A DNA stretch of 64,000 nt, from positions 6,082 through 70,081 of the forward strand of contig DATEIA010000041.1 in assembly GCA_035279305.1 (NCBI GenBank), written 5' to 3'. The notes below the pieces were generated by a model, which saw only the letters and a list, made by a program, of their open reading frames with translations, made no database searches and was not told where the DNA came from. The DNA is from Rhizomicrobium sp. GTDB lineage: Bacteria > Pseudomonadota > Alphaproteobacteria > Micropepsales > Micropepsaceae. The translations under genes were made by a program, and so were the position numbers. Below are positions 17,144-26,882 of this stretch, piece by piece (position 1 is the first letter of the stretch; each line of letters opens with the position of its first letter).

Positions 17144-19603
17144 ATGTTCCGCAACTATCTCATAATTGCTCTGCGCAACATCGTCCGCCACAAGCTATAC
17201 AGCTTCATCAATATCGCCGGCCTGGCGGTAGGGCTGGCATGCGTAATCTTCATATTGTTGTTTATCCGGGACGAACTGTCTTACGACAAATGGATTCCCG
17301 GTACGCAAAACCTCTATCGGGTTGAGAAGACATCCTACCTTCTAGGGCGCGATCCATTCGCGGTCGCACGGGTGCCCTTCCTGCTACCGGCCAGCATGCG
17401 TGACGGGATTCCGGAAGTGACGGCGATGACCCGTCTTAACTACAACTTTATGACGCTGTTTGCCGGCGACCGCCAATTTCGGGAGCAGGTTGCCGAGGTG
17501 GACCAGAATTTTTTCAACATCATCAAGCTGCCCCTGGTGAAAGGCGATCCGATCAAGGTCTTTATGAACCCGGAATCTCTGGTTCTTTCGGAGAGCGCAG
17601 CACGAAAATATTTCGGAACCACCGATGTCATTGGAAAAATCATCAGAACCACCGCGAATTGCGAGGTGACCGACACGGAATGTCTTGGCCGATTGATTCC
17701 CCTGAAAGTCACGGGGATCATGCGGGATATTCCCTATAATTCCCATTTCGAGGGTGACGTGTTCATGCCGAACACGTCCATCACCGACCGCATCGGTCAG
17801 AGCCAAAAGACCTGGTTTGGAGGCGGTGGCTTCGGCTATGTCGCGTTGGCGCCGGGCGCCAAGCCTGAGACGGTTGTCTCGAAGATGGCGCCGTTATTTG
17901 ATCGCGCCATTCCGCGCGACCCCGGCGACAATCGCAAGCTGCGTTGGGACATTCACTTAACCCCCTTTACCGATGTACACCTGACTTCCGGCCAATGGAG
18001 ATTCAACCAAAAGCCGAGCGGCAGCCGGACCACGCTTTACGGCGTCGGCATTGTCGGTCTTCTGATACTTTTTGTTGCCTGTTTCAATTTCATGAATCTG
18101 GCGACAGCGCAGGCTTCCTTGCGGGCGCGGGAAATCGCGCTGCGCAAAACTGTTGGCGCCGGCCGGGGGCAGTTGATCGTGCAGTTCCTCGGGGAGGCGG
18201 TGTTGACTGCGCTGTTATCGCTGGTGGTGGCGCTGGCGCTGGTGGAAATGTTGCTGCCGTCCTTTGAGCATATGCTGCAACATCCCGTCGCGATGCACTA
18301 TGACGGCACCTGGCTGTTGATTTTGATCTTAATCGCGGTCACGGCGGGTTTGCTGAGCGGAGTCTATCCCGCCCTGGTGCTTTCGGGCTTCCGGCCTTCC
18401 ACGATTTTCCGCACGGGGAACGCGGGCCGCGCCGGTTCCGGACGCCTGCAAACACTTCTGGTGGTCCTGCAATTCGCCATTTCCATCGGATTGGGTATCG
18501 CAGTCATGGTTGTGTTCAGCCAAGTCAATTTTGCCCGCAGCATCGATATGGGTTTTCGCAAGGACAACTTGCTGGTCATTCCTGCTGGCGGGCTAGTGAC
18601 TCTCGGCGGCCGCGAAAGTTTCGTTCAAAGGCTGCGGTCCAATCCCGGAATTATGGACGTTGCCGTCACCGAAGCGATTCCATTCGGAACATACGGTTTG
18701 GGACTGGCGACAGCCCAATTGCCCGGTCGCTCCGATAGCATCGCTTTCAACCAACTCACCATTGGTGCCAATACGGCTCAACTCTTGGGCATGCGGCTGG
18801 TTGCGGGACGGTTGCTGTCCGACAGCCGCGCGCAGGACCGTTTTGATGCGCACGGCGGGGGCGGGAAAGGCATTAACGACGGCCACAGTATTCTCATCGA
18901 TGACACGGCAGCGAGGAGTTTGGGCTTCACGCCGCAGCAAGCGGTGGGCAAGACCATTATTCTTGGCAAGGACCATGTGCACATCGCCGGCGTTGTCGCC
19001 AATGTCAAGTTCGGTGGCGCGCGCGAGCCCGCGATGGCGACAATGTATGTCTATGATCCATACAAACCGGCCTCCGTGCTTGTCAGGCTGCGGCCCGGCA
19101 CGGTACCGCAAACGCTATCGTTCATAGATCGCGCTTGGCGTGACTTCGCGCCAACCAAAGCCGTGGACCACTGGTTCATGAGCGACGCTCTCGGCAGGCA
19201 GTACCGCGCCGACGAGCGTCAGGGTGAATTGTTCGGCGTGTTTGTCGGTGTCGCCATCTTCATCTCCTGTCTTGGCCTGTTCGGACTGGCCGCTTTCACC
19301 GCCGGACGGCGCACTCGGGAAATCGGTCTCCGCAAGATTTTCGGCGCCCGCACCCGCGATCTGGTCTTCCTGCTGCTTTGGCAATTCTCCATTCCCGTGC
19401 TGATCGCCAACCTGATCGCTTGGCCGCTTGCTTGGTACTATTTGCACGATTGGTTGCGGGGCTTCGCCTATCGCATCCCGCTCAGCCCACTCTATTTTTT
19501 CGCGGCAGGCTTTGCGGCGCTGGTGATCGCCTGGGCGACCATCCTGAGCCATGCCCTGCGCGTCGCCAGCGCCAATCCCATCCATGCCCTGCGCTACGAA
19601 TAA
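17144..19603 (+). CDS. MacB-like ABC permease, paralog 4
   Basis: GGAGG RBS, ATG 17144 (MFRNYL), ends NPIHALRYE. Confidence 0.93.
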   Translation: MFRNYLIIALRNIVRHKLYSFINIAGLAVGLACVIFILLFIRDELSYDKWIPGTQNLYRVEKTSYLLGRDPFAVARVPFLLPASMRDGIPEVTAMTRLNYNFMTLFAGDRQFREQVAEVDQNFFNIIKLPLVKGDPIKVFMNPESLVLSESAARKYFGTTDVIGKIIRTTANCEVTDTECLGRLIPLKVTGIMRDIPYNSHFEGDVFMPNTSITDRIGQSQKTWFGGGGFGYVALAPGAKPETVVSKMAPLFDRAIPRDPGDNRKLRWDIHLTPFTDVHLTSGQWRFNQKPSGSRTTLYGVGIVGLLILFVACFNFMNLATAQASLRAREIALRKTVGAGRGQLIVQFLGEAVLTALLSLVVALALVEMLLPSFEHMLQHPVAMHYDGTWLLILILIAVTAGLLSGVYPALVLSGFRPSTIFRTGNAGRAGSGRLQTLLVVLQFAISIGLGIAVMVVFSQVNFARSIDMGFRKDNLLVIPAGGLVTLGGRESFVQRLRSNPGIMDVAVTEAIPFGTYGLGLATAQLPGRSDSIAFNQLTIGANTAQLLGMRLVAGRLLSDSRAQDRFDAHGGGGKGINDGHSILIDDTAARSLGFTPQQAVGKTIILGKDHVHIAGVVANVKFGGAREPAMATMYVYDPYKPASVLVRLRPGTVPQTLSFIDRAWRDFAPTKAVDHWFMSDALGRQYRADERQGELFGVFVGVAIFISCLGLFGLAAFTAGRRTREIGLRKIFGARTRDLVFLLLWQFSIPVLIANLIAWPLAWYYLHDWLRGFAYRIPLSPLYFFAAGFAALVIAWATILSHALRVASANPIHALRYE

Positions 19604-19623
19604 CCTATTTCAGGAGGAAGCCG

Positions 19624-19944
19624 ATGAAAATGGCCACGCCGCGCTTTTTGCCGATCGGCCTTTTATGCGCGATGTCTGTCGCCTGCGCGCCCGAAAGGAT
19701 ACGGGAGGTGCGGGACTATAACGCCACATTCATATGCGATGGCGACCAGCCGATGCAGGTGCGTTTTTCACCCTTCAACGCCGTGTTGCAAGCCCAAGGC
19801 GCATCCATCGCCCTGATCCAGCAGCCCGCTGCCGACGGATTTTTCTATACGGGTGGGGGGCAAAGCCTGCGCGCGCAAGGCGATGATGCGACATGGACCG
19901 ATGGCAAAGGCGCCGTTCACCACTGCCATGCGAAATCAAGCTAG
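19624..19944 (+). CDS. MliC/PliC-like lipoprotein
   Basis: AGGAGG RBS, lipobox SVAC, F.C...V.F...L.Q..AADG..Y...L...GDDA...C pattern with two structural Cys. Confidence 0.7.
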   Translation: MKMATPRFLPIGLLCAMSVACAPERIREVRDYNATFICDGDQPMQVRFSPFNAVLQAQGASIALIQQPAADGFFYTGGGQSLRAQGDDATWTDGKGAVHHCHAKSS

Positions 19945-19989
19945 GTGGGCAAGCCATGTTCTGGAATTATTTCAACACCGCGCCGCGCT

Positions 19990-21414
19990 ATGAGTAAGAC
20001 AGCCGCCATGCCGCTTTTGGCCTTGTTGCTCGCTGGCTGCGCCACGCCGGTGCCGCAGGCGCTTTCTCCGCAGATGGTGCCCAGGACTTTCACCGGGCCC
20101 ATCGCCAATGACGCCAAGATCTGGCCCGAACCGGCCTGGTGGCAGGGCTTTGGGGACACACAGATGGTGGCGCTGGTGCAGCAAGCCCAGGACGGCAACC
20201 GTGATATCGCCATCGCCGCGGCGCGGGTGATGCAGGCGCAAGCGCGATCCACCATCCAGCGCTCGGCGCTGTTTCCGCAGATCGGCGCGCAGGGTGACGC
20301 TCAGAATGGCGGCTGCAGCGGCCAGAGCTGCCAGCAATTCCGCAATGGGAAGGTGTTCGGTCTCACCTTCAACGCCAGCTATGAACTCGATTTCTGGGGT
20401 CTGGCGCGGGACAATTTGCGTGCCGCCCAGGAACAGTTGAAGGTGGCGCGCTTCGCCCAGCAATCGGTGGCGCTGACGGTCACCGCCAATGTCGGCAGTC
20501 AATATCTGAACGTGCTGGCGATCCGCCGCCGTATCGCAATCGCCAACCAGAATATCGCCGCGATCAACGCGATCCTGGAGATCATTCAGCTGCGCGTTAA
20601 GGCGGGCGCGACCTCCCACCTCGATCTGGCGCGCGAACAGGCGCAGTTGGAGACCGTCCAGGCGCAGTTACCCGCGCTGGAAACACTGGAAAAACAGGCG
20701 CTCTATTCGCTTGCGGTACTGCTGGGCCGTCCGCCGGAAGGCTTCGGCGTTGCCCCGGCCGATCTCGAGAGGGTCCTGCCGCCGGTGGTGGGTGCCGGTC
20801 TGCCGTCAGAGCTTCTGCTGCGCCGCCCCGACATTGCCCAGGCCGAGGCCAATCTGGCCAGCGCCCACGCCAATGTGGACGCCGCGCGCGCCGCCTTTCT
20901 GCCGCGGATTTCGCTCACCGGCTCGGGCGGCTTCGTCAGCACCGCCATCGGTACGCTGCTGCAGGGCTCCAGTTTCGGCTATGGCTATGGCGCCGGGCTG
21001 CTGCAGACCATCTTCGACGGCGGCAAGCTGGCGGGGCAGAAGGACTTGGCGGAGGCGACGCAGAAGGAGTTTGTTGCCGCCTATCAAAACGCAGCGCTCA
21101 ACGCCTATGCCGATGTGGAGCTCGCGCTGATCCAGGTCGCCAACACCGCGCGGGCGGAGGGCCATCTGCGCAGCCTGATCGTGGCTGCCCGGGAGGCCTT
21201 CGAGATCTCCCAGTTGCAATATCGCCAAGGCGCCGCGGATTTGCTCACGGTACTGCAGGCACAGCTGACCTTGTTCTCGGCGCAGGATCAGTTGGTTCAG
21301 ACCACCCTGGCCAATCGCCAGGCCGCCATTCATTTGTATGAGGCGCTGGGCGGCGGTTGGGTGGAACGAGCGGAAGATCGCACGCAGATCGTTGAAAACC
21401 AAACTGTGCGTTAG
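19990..21414 (+). CDS. NodT/OprM-family efflux outer-membrane lipoprotein
   Basis: Lipobox LAGC, WWQGFGD, SYELDFWG, PSELLLRRPDI, LYEALGGGW. Confidence 0.93.
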   Translation: MSKTAAMPLLALLLAGCATPVPQALSPQMVPRTFTGPIANDAKIWPEPAWWQGFGDTQMVALVQQAQDGNRDIAIAAARVMQAQARSTIQRSALFPQIGAQGDAQNGGCSGQSCQQFRNGKVFGLTFNASYELDFWGLARDNLRAAQEQLKVARFAQQSVALTVTANVGSQYLNVLAIRRRIAIANQNIAAINAILEIIQLRVKAGATSHLDLAREQAQLETVQAQLPALETLEKQALYSLAVLLGRPPEGFGVAPADLERVLPPVVGAGLPSELLLRRPDIAQAEANLASAHANVDAARAAFLPRISLTGSGGFVSTAIGTLLQGSSFGYGYGAGLLQTIFDGGKLAGQKDLAEATQKEFVAAYQNAALNAYADVELALIQVANTARAEGHLRSLIVAAREAFEISQLQYRQGAADLLTVLQAQLTLFSAQDQLVQTTLANRQAAIHLYEALGGGWVERAEDRTQIVENQTVR

Positions 21415-21517
21415 TGTTAGGACTATCGCTCAGAGCGATTCAGCAAAGACGTTCAAAACCAACGAGCCATGTGTGTAATTGAAAGCGCATAAGCGTATTA
21501 TTGAGGATATCTCGTTG

Positions 21518-21995
21518 TTAGTTCCCCAATCCGAACCATTTCCTGGCATCTTGATCGTAGTGGTCCACGGGATTGTACAGCGCAACAGGCAATTTGAGAT
21601 CCGCAGCGTTCATACGGCCCATCACACTGATAACACGGTAAGCTGCCACCAGTGTATTGGTACGTTGAGAAATTGCGGTCACCTTTGCTTGCAGCAATTC
21701 CTGTTCGGCGTTCAGGATATCAATGATGTTGCGTGAGCCGACTCTGGCTTCCATGGTTGTACCGAGGTACGCGGTGGCGTTTTCAACCGCTTGCTTCGCG
21801 GAATAATCTGCCGCTTTCCGGCTGGCGGTGAACGTATCCCAAGCGTTCGCAAAATCTTCTCGTATCTGTCGTTCTGTATCATATGAGGTGAGGAGGGCCT
21901 GGGAACTCAATTCCTTTGCTTGGCGGATGGTGGCATATTCGGCGCCTCCCTGGTAGAGAGGGATATTGAGCTGCCCCATCACGGACAGGCCGTTT
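21518..21995 (-). pseudogene. tolC: C-terminal fragment of a TolC-family type I secretion outer-membrane protein
   Basis: LNIPLYQGG, EARVGSRNIIDILNAEQELLQA, AAYR...GR, YNPVDHY...KWFG; only ~160 aa homologous, upstream sequence unrelated, no signal peptide. Confidence 0.8.
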
Positions 21996-22385
21996 TCCCG
22001 CATACCGGGCGCTATTGCATCAATTGATTCGCATTGCCGCAAGCTCGGGCAATTCAGAGGCCAAAATTTTAGCCAGAAGCAACATCGCTCAACAACCTGA
22101 AGATGTACGGTGGAGTAAGAAACTCCCCCGCCACCGCAGTGCGGCATCTTCGAAAAAGTCCCTTTGATCATCCGCGCAATGCTCTTGAACCCGTACGTTG
22201 AACAGTTTCCCGATTGCCAGATTTGACGTGCGCTAATGAAAAATCGGTTCTGCGCTGTGGAACTTTTGGTGTCGGGCTATCTTCTGACTTTTCGTCAGAT
22301 GTTTTCGGAACGGTTTTCTTGCTCGTGACACAAGCCTTCCATATGGTTGATCCATAACAAGTTGGTATTGGGTTGGGGCTTAGGC

Positions 22386-24560
22386 GTGTCATCGGAAGGG
22401 CAAGAACAGTTGCTCGGTGGGGCATCTGCTGAGCGGCCTGTCGTATCGCTCGGGGATAGTGCGCTAGACGCATTTGTCTTGATGCTGGCCTTTTTGGAGC
22501 GGCCAGCCGATAAAGCACAACTCCGTCATTCGCTGGGCAAGGGCTCTGAAGAGCTTGATCTGGACGACTTGCTCGTTCTGGCAAAAAGGCTTGAGATCAA
22601 AGCCAAGCGCGTAAAAACCACCGACGCGCAGCTGCCATCCTTGCCCCTTCCTGCCATTGCCCGGCTTCTCGACGGGTCCTTTTTACTACTGCTCCAAGTC
22701 TCCGATGTGGAAGCGTTGGTGTTTCGTCCGGCGGACGGGCGGCCGACCAAAGTCCGCCGTGATGCCTTTATAGCGGACTTTTCCGGTGAGCTCTTGCTCA
22801 TGACCACGCGAGATCGTGTCGCGGGCGCGAGCCGGGCTTTCGATGTCAGTTGGTTTATTCCCGCCCTGGTGAAATACAGGCACCTGTTGCGCGATGTCTT
22901 GCTGGCCTCATTCTTTATTCAACTTCTGGGGCTGGCATCCCCGATCTTCTTCCAAGTGGTCATCGACAAGGTGCTGGTCCATAAGGGCTTGACGACACTC
23001 GAAGTGCTGGCGCTGGGGCTGTTCGTGGTGTCGGTATTCGACGTCTTCATGAGCGCGCTGCGCACTTATCTCTTTTCCCATACAACCTCGCGGGTGGATG
23101 TGGAGTTGGGCGCCAAGCTTTTCGGGCACCTGGTTCGGCTTCCACTGTCGTATTTCCAGGCCCGCCGCGTCGGCGACTCGGTCGCGCGCGTGCGCCAGCT
23201 CGACACCATCCGGGAATTCCTCACATCATCGGCTCTCACGCTGGTTTTGGACCTGCTTTTCACCATCGTCTTCCTGGGCGTGATGGCTCTTTACAGCGGG
23301 TGGCTTCTGCTGATCACCCTGCTGACGCTGCCTCTCTACGCGCTGGTTGTTGTTTTTCTGGGCCCGCCATTGCGCAATAAATTGAATGAAAAATTCATTC
23401 GCGGCGCGGAAAACCAAAGCTTTCTAGTCGAAAGCGTCACCGGCATAGAGACGCTAAAGTCCATGTCCGTCGAACCCCAGATGCAGGCCCGCTGGGAACG
23501 CCAGATTGCCGGTTATGTCAAAACCGGGTTCGACGCGTCCATGCTGGCCAATTGGGGAAGCCAGACTATCCAGCTGATCAGCAAGCTGGGCACCCTGGCC
23601 ATTCTATTCTTCGGCGCCAAGCTGGTGATCAAAGGCGATTTGACGGTTGGCGAGCTGGTCGCCTTCAACATGCTGGCAAGCCAGGTCGCGGGCCCCGTTT
23701 TGCGGCTGGCGCAGTTGGGGCAGGACTTCCAGCAGGCGCGTATCGCGGTGTCCCGCCTGGGCGATATTCTGAATAACCCGATTGAGCCGCAATCTTCGGC
23801 CTCCAAAGCCAGCCTGCCGGAAATCCGCGGGCGCGTGGTATTTGATAATGTACGTTTCCGCTACCGGCCCGATGCACCGGAGGTTCTGAAGGGCCTGTCG
23901 CTCGACATTGCGCCTGGTGAGGTCATCGGCATTGTTGGACCTTCCGGCTCGGGCAAGTCCACCTTGGCGAAACTGCTGCAGCGCCTGCATGTGCCCGAAC
24001 AGGGCCGCGTGCTGGTCGATGGCGTGGACCTCGCCATGGTTGATCCCTCCTGGCTGCGCCGGCAACTGGGCGTGGTGCTTCAAGAGAACATTCTTTTCAA
24101 TCGCTCTGTCCGCGAAAATATCGCCCTGGCCGATCCCGCCATGCCGATGGAAAATGTGGTGATGGCGGCGGAACTGGCCGGCGCCCATGAGTTCATCCTG
24201 GAATTCCCCGAGGCCTATGACACCCAGATCGATGAGCGCGGCTCCAACCTGTCGGGCGGCCAGCGGCAACGCATCGCCATCGCCCGCGCCCTGGCGACCC
24301 ACCCCAAGATATTGATCTTTGATGAGGCCACCTCCGCGCTGGACGCGGAAAGCGAAGAGATTGTTCAGAAGAATCTGAAGGCGATAGCGACCGGCCGGAC
24401 CGTCTTCATTATTGCGCACCGGCTTTCGGCGGTGCGCCAGGCCGACCGTATTGTCACCCTGGAAAAGGGCGTCATTACCGAGATCGGCACCCATGCGGAC
24501 CTGATGACGCGGCCTGGGCGCTATGCTTCGCTTTACCGTAAGCAGATGGGGATCGTGTAA
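22386..24560 (+). CDS. hlyB: type I secretion ABC transporter, HlyB family (C39-like domain without catalytic Cys)
   Basis: FDVSWFIPALVKYR, FFQVVIDKVLVH, RRVGDSVARVRQLDTIREFLT, GPSGSGKST, LSGGQRQR; exact start uncertain. Confidence 0.93.
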   Translation: MSSEGQEQLLGGASAERPVVSLGDSALDAFVLMLAFLERPADKAQLRHSLGKGSEELDLDDLLVLAKRLEIKAKRVKTTDAQLPSLPLPAIARLLDGSFLLLLQVSDVEALVFRPADGRPTKVRRDAFIADFSGELLLMTTRDRVAGASRAFDVSWFIPALVKYRHLLRDVLLASFFIQLLGLASPIFFQVVIDKVLVHKGLTTLEVLALGLFVVSVFDVFMSALRTYLFSHTTSRVDVELGAKLFGHLVRLPLSYFQARRVGDSVARVRQLDTIREFLTSSALTLVLDLLFTIVFLGVMALYSGWLLLITLLTLPLYALVVVFLGPPLRNKLNEKFIRGAENQSFLVESVTGIETLKSMSVEPQMQARWERQIAGYVKTGFDASMLANWGSQTIQLISKLGTLAILFFGAKLVIKGDLTVGELVAFNMLASQVAGPVLRLAQLGQDFQQARIAVSRLGDILNNPIEPQSSASKASLPEIRGRVVFDNVRFRYRPDAPEVLKGLSLDIAPGEVIGIVGPSGSGKSTLAKLLQRLHVPEQGRVLVDGVDLAMVDPSWLRRQLGVVLQENILFNRSVRENIALADPAMPMENVVMAAELAGAHEFILEFPEAYDTQIDERGSNLSGGQRQRIAIARALATHPKILIFDEATSALDAESEEIVQKNLKAIATGRTVFIIAHRLSAVRQADRIVTLEKGVITEIGTHADLMTRPGRYASLYRKQMGIV

Positions 24561-26032
24561 TGAGCGATACGACCCGTTGGCAAAGATTGAAAGCGGCACT
24601 GGCCGGCAAGGCGGCGCCTTTGCTAGATACGCCCGCGCTGGCCGGGATCGGCCGGCACTGGGACGTCGCGCGCGAAAGCCTGGCGTTGGAAAAAGAACGC
24701 GCCAAGACCGCCCTGCAATTGCACGAAACCGCCTTTCTGCCGGCGGCGCTGGAAATCCTGGAAACGCCACCCAGCCCATTGGGCCGCACGCTCGTGTGGG
24801 CGTTGATGGTCTTTCTGGTGTTTGCGCTGGGATGGTCCATCCTGGGCAAGGTGGATGAGGTCGCTGTCGCCCCCGGCAAGCTTGCGCCAAGAGGGGAAGT
24901 CAAGGTCATCCAGGCGCCGGACTATGGTGTCGTCCGCGCCATCCATGTGGTGGACGGGCAGGAGGTCCGCAAGGGACAGCCGCTGATCGTGCTCAACCCG
25001 ACGATATCGCATGCCGAGGCCGCACAGGCGCGGCGCTCGCTGCTGGTGGCCCAGACCGACCGGACGCGCGCGCTGGCCTTGTCCAACTACGACAAGGCGC
25101 CGCTGGATCAGTTTGCGCCGCCCAAAGGGGTGGATGCAGAGGTCGCCCAGACCCAAAAGGATCTGGTCGAGGCCAAGATCCGCGAGCATAAGGCGGCGCA
25201 TGAGGCGTTGACCCATCAGATCGCCGAACACCGGGGCGATCTGGGCATGGTCCAGGCCGAAGTCGCCAAGCTGAAAGCGCAACTGCCCCTGGCTGAAACC
25301 CAATATCAGGCGCTGAAGAACTTGGCGGCCCAGGGGGCCGCCCCCCGTATCCAGATGATGGAGATGGAGGAACGCGCCATCGGCATTCGCCACGATCTGA
25401 TGATCCGGGAGGCCGAAGTCCTAAAGATGCAGGCTTTGGTGCGCGACGGCCAGGCTCAGCTTGCCAAGCTGGATGGCGAGTTCAAGCGTCAGGCGCTGGA
25501 TTCCCTGAACGAGGCCCAGGCGGCGGTGTCGATGCGCGGCCAGGAGTTGATCAAGGCGGAAGAGAAAAGTGCCTTGACCGTGCTCAGGGCGCCGGTTGAC
25601 GGCGTGATCCAGCAGCTTGCCGTGCATACGGTGGGCGCGGTGGTCAAGCCGGCCGACACCTTGCTGGTGGTGGTGCCCAAGGGCGCCGAGCTGACGGTGG
25701 AAGCCATGGTGCTGAACCGCGATGCCGGCTTTGTGCACAAGGGCCAGCCGGTGGAAGTGAAGCTGGAGGCCTATCCCTTCACCCGCTATGGCGTGGTACC
25801 GGCGGTGCTGGAAACCATCAGCCGCGATGCCATCGAGGATAAGGAAAAAGGCCTTGTCTATGTCGCGCGGGCGCGTCTGCTGCAGGATTACATCATGGTG
25901 GACGGCGAACGCTCGATGCTGGGGGCGGGCCTATCGGCCACCGCCGAGATCAAGACCGGCGACCGGCGCATCATCAGCTATCTGCTGTCACCAATTGCGC
26001 GGCGCGTGAAGGAGGCGGGGAGGGAGAGATGA
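24560..26032 (+). CDS. hlyD: type I secretion membrane fusion protein, HlyD family
   Basis: AFLPAALEILETPPSP, LRAPVDG, VKLEAYPFTRYG, EIKTGDRRIISYLLSP...RER; start overlaps hlyB stop. Confidence 0.95.
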   Translation: MSDTTRWQRLKAALAGKAAPLLDTPALAGIGRHWDVARESLALEKERAKTALQLHETAFLPAALEILETPPSPLGRTLVWALMVFLVFALGWSILGKVDEVAVAPGKLAPRGEVKVIQAPDYGVVRAIHVVDGQEVRKGQPLIVLNPTISHAEAAQARRSLLVAQTDRTRALALSNYDKAPLDQFAPPKGVDAEVAQTQKDLVEAKIREHKAAHEALTHQIAEHRGDLGMVQAEVAKLKAQLPLAETQYQALKNLAAQGAAPRIQMMEMEERAIGIRHDLMIREAEVLKMQALVRDGQAQLAKLDGEFKRQALDSLNEAQAAVSMRGQELIKAEEKSALTVLRAPVDGVIQQLAVHTVGAVVKPADTLLVVVPKGAELTVEAMVLNRDAGFVHKGQPVEVKLEAYPFTRYGVVPAVLETISRDAIEDKEKGLVYVARARLLQDYIMVDGERSMLGAGLSATAEIKTGDRRIISYLLSPIARRVKEAGRER

Positions 26033-26874
26033 GAATCAGTATATCTGGGAGATATGAACTAAAAGAAGGCCGAAGGGCGCGCTGGCGCTCTTTCTTCATC
26101 CTGTTGCTTGCGGCGTGTGTCGTGATGATTGCAGCCGCAGGCGTTACGGTACAGACTCCCGCAGTCACCACTGCGGAACAGGATCGCATCGAATTGTATC
26201 CATACGCAGGGCCTTCTTATCTCCTGCAATCTCCACCGCCGGATGTGCACCCTGCTGTGTTCATGGTGCCGCAAGAATTTCGTTGGGGCAGCACGCGCAA
26301 TGTCGCCCAGATGAACTATCACGCATGGGGGATTCAGATTTTAACGTATTACCCCAGCTTCAGCAGTCCTGCCGCCCCACAGAACAAAGATTTCGGACTA
26401 GACTGCATTGGATACTGCAACGGCCGGATTCTGATCTATATCTCATATAATCCCCAAATGCTGAGAGCCGGTATTGCAAATACCGCCGATGCCACCGTTC
26501 ACGGAGAGCTTGAAAATAAAAACTTTATTACCGGTCTTCATCTGTCCAACGTCACGTACAAAGATCTTAGTCCGCGAGGCCCTTTCGATGGCGGCTTTGA
26601 GCACATTGCCATGGTTCGTGGTGCACAGCCTCCCAAGATTGGATTGGACGACCAAGTTCTCTGGCGGAAAGCCGAAAGCGGTCATTACGATCTAGTAGCG
26701 AAATGCGCTCCTGATGCGCCGAACCCACTCTGTCATTTGATTTTCTCTTCCAGCTGTAATCCAGCAATCAGCGTTCAGGTGTCTGTCGGTATGCGCGACA
26801 TCGACCGGGCCGCTGACATCAAAGACAAAACAGATGCCTTTCTTCTTCCGATGATTAAATCCTGCAATTCTTGA
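26029..26874 (+). CDS. exported/membrane-anchored hypothetical protein; candidate RTX partner or immunity protein
   Basis: N-terminal hydrophobic anchor, several Cys pairs, AT-richer codons; ATGA-coupled to hlyD and 8 bp from the RTX start. Confidence 0.75.
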   Translation: MRISISGRYELKEGRRARWRSFFILLLAACVVMIAAAGVTVQTPAVTTAEQDRIELYPYAGPSYLLQSPPPDVHPAVFMVPQEFRWGSTRNVAQMNYHAWGIQILTYYPSFSSPAAPQNKDFGLDCIGYCNGRILIYISYNPQMLRAGIANTADATVHGELENKNFITGLHLSNVTYKDLSPRGPFDGGFEHIAMVRGAQPPKIGLDDQVLWRKAESGHYDLVAKCAPDAPNPLCHLIFSSSCNPAISVQVSVGMRDIDRAADIKDKTDAFLLPMIKSCNS

Positions 26875-26882
26875 GGTGATTT

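Noticed and set aside
22386-22800. Missing catalytic Cys in the HlyB C39 domain as a novelty
   Set aside because: A Cys-less C39-like domain is normal for HlyB-type RTX exporters
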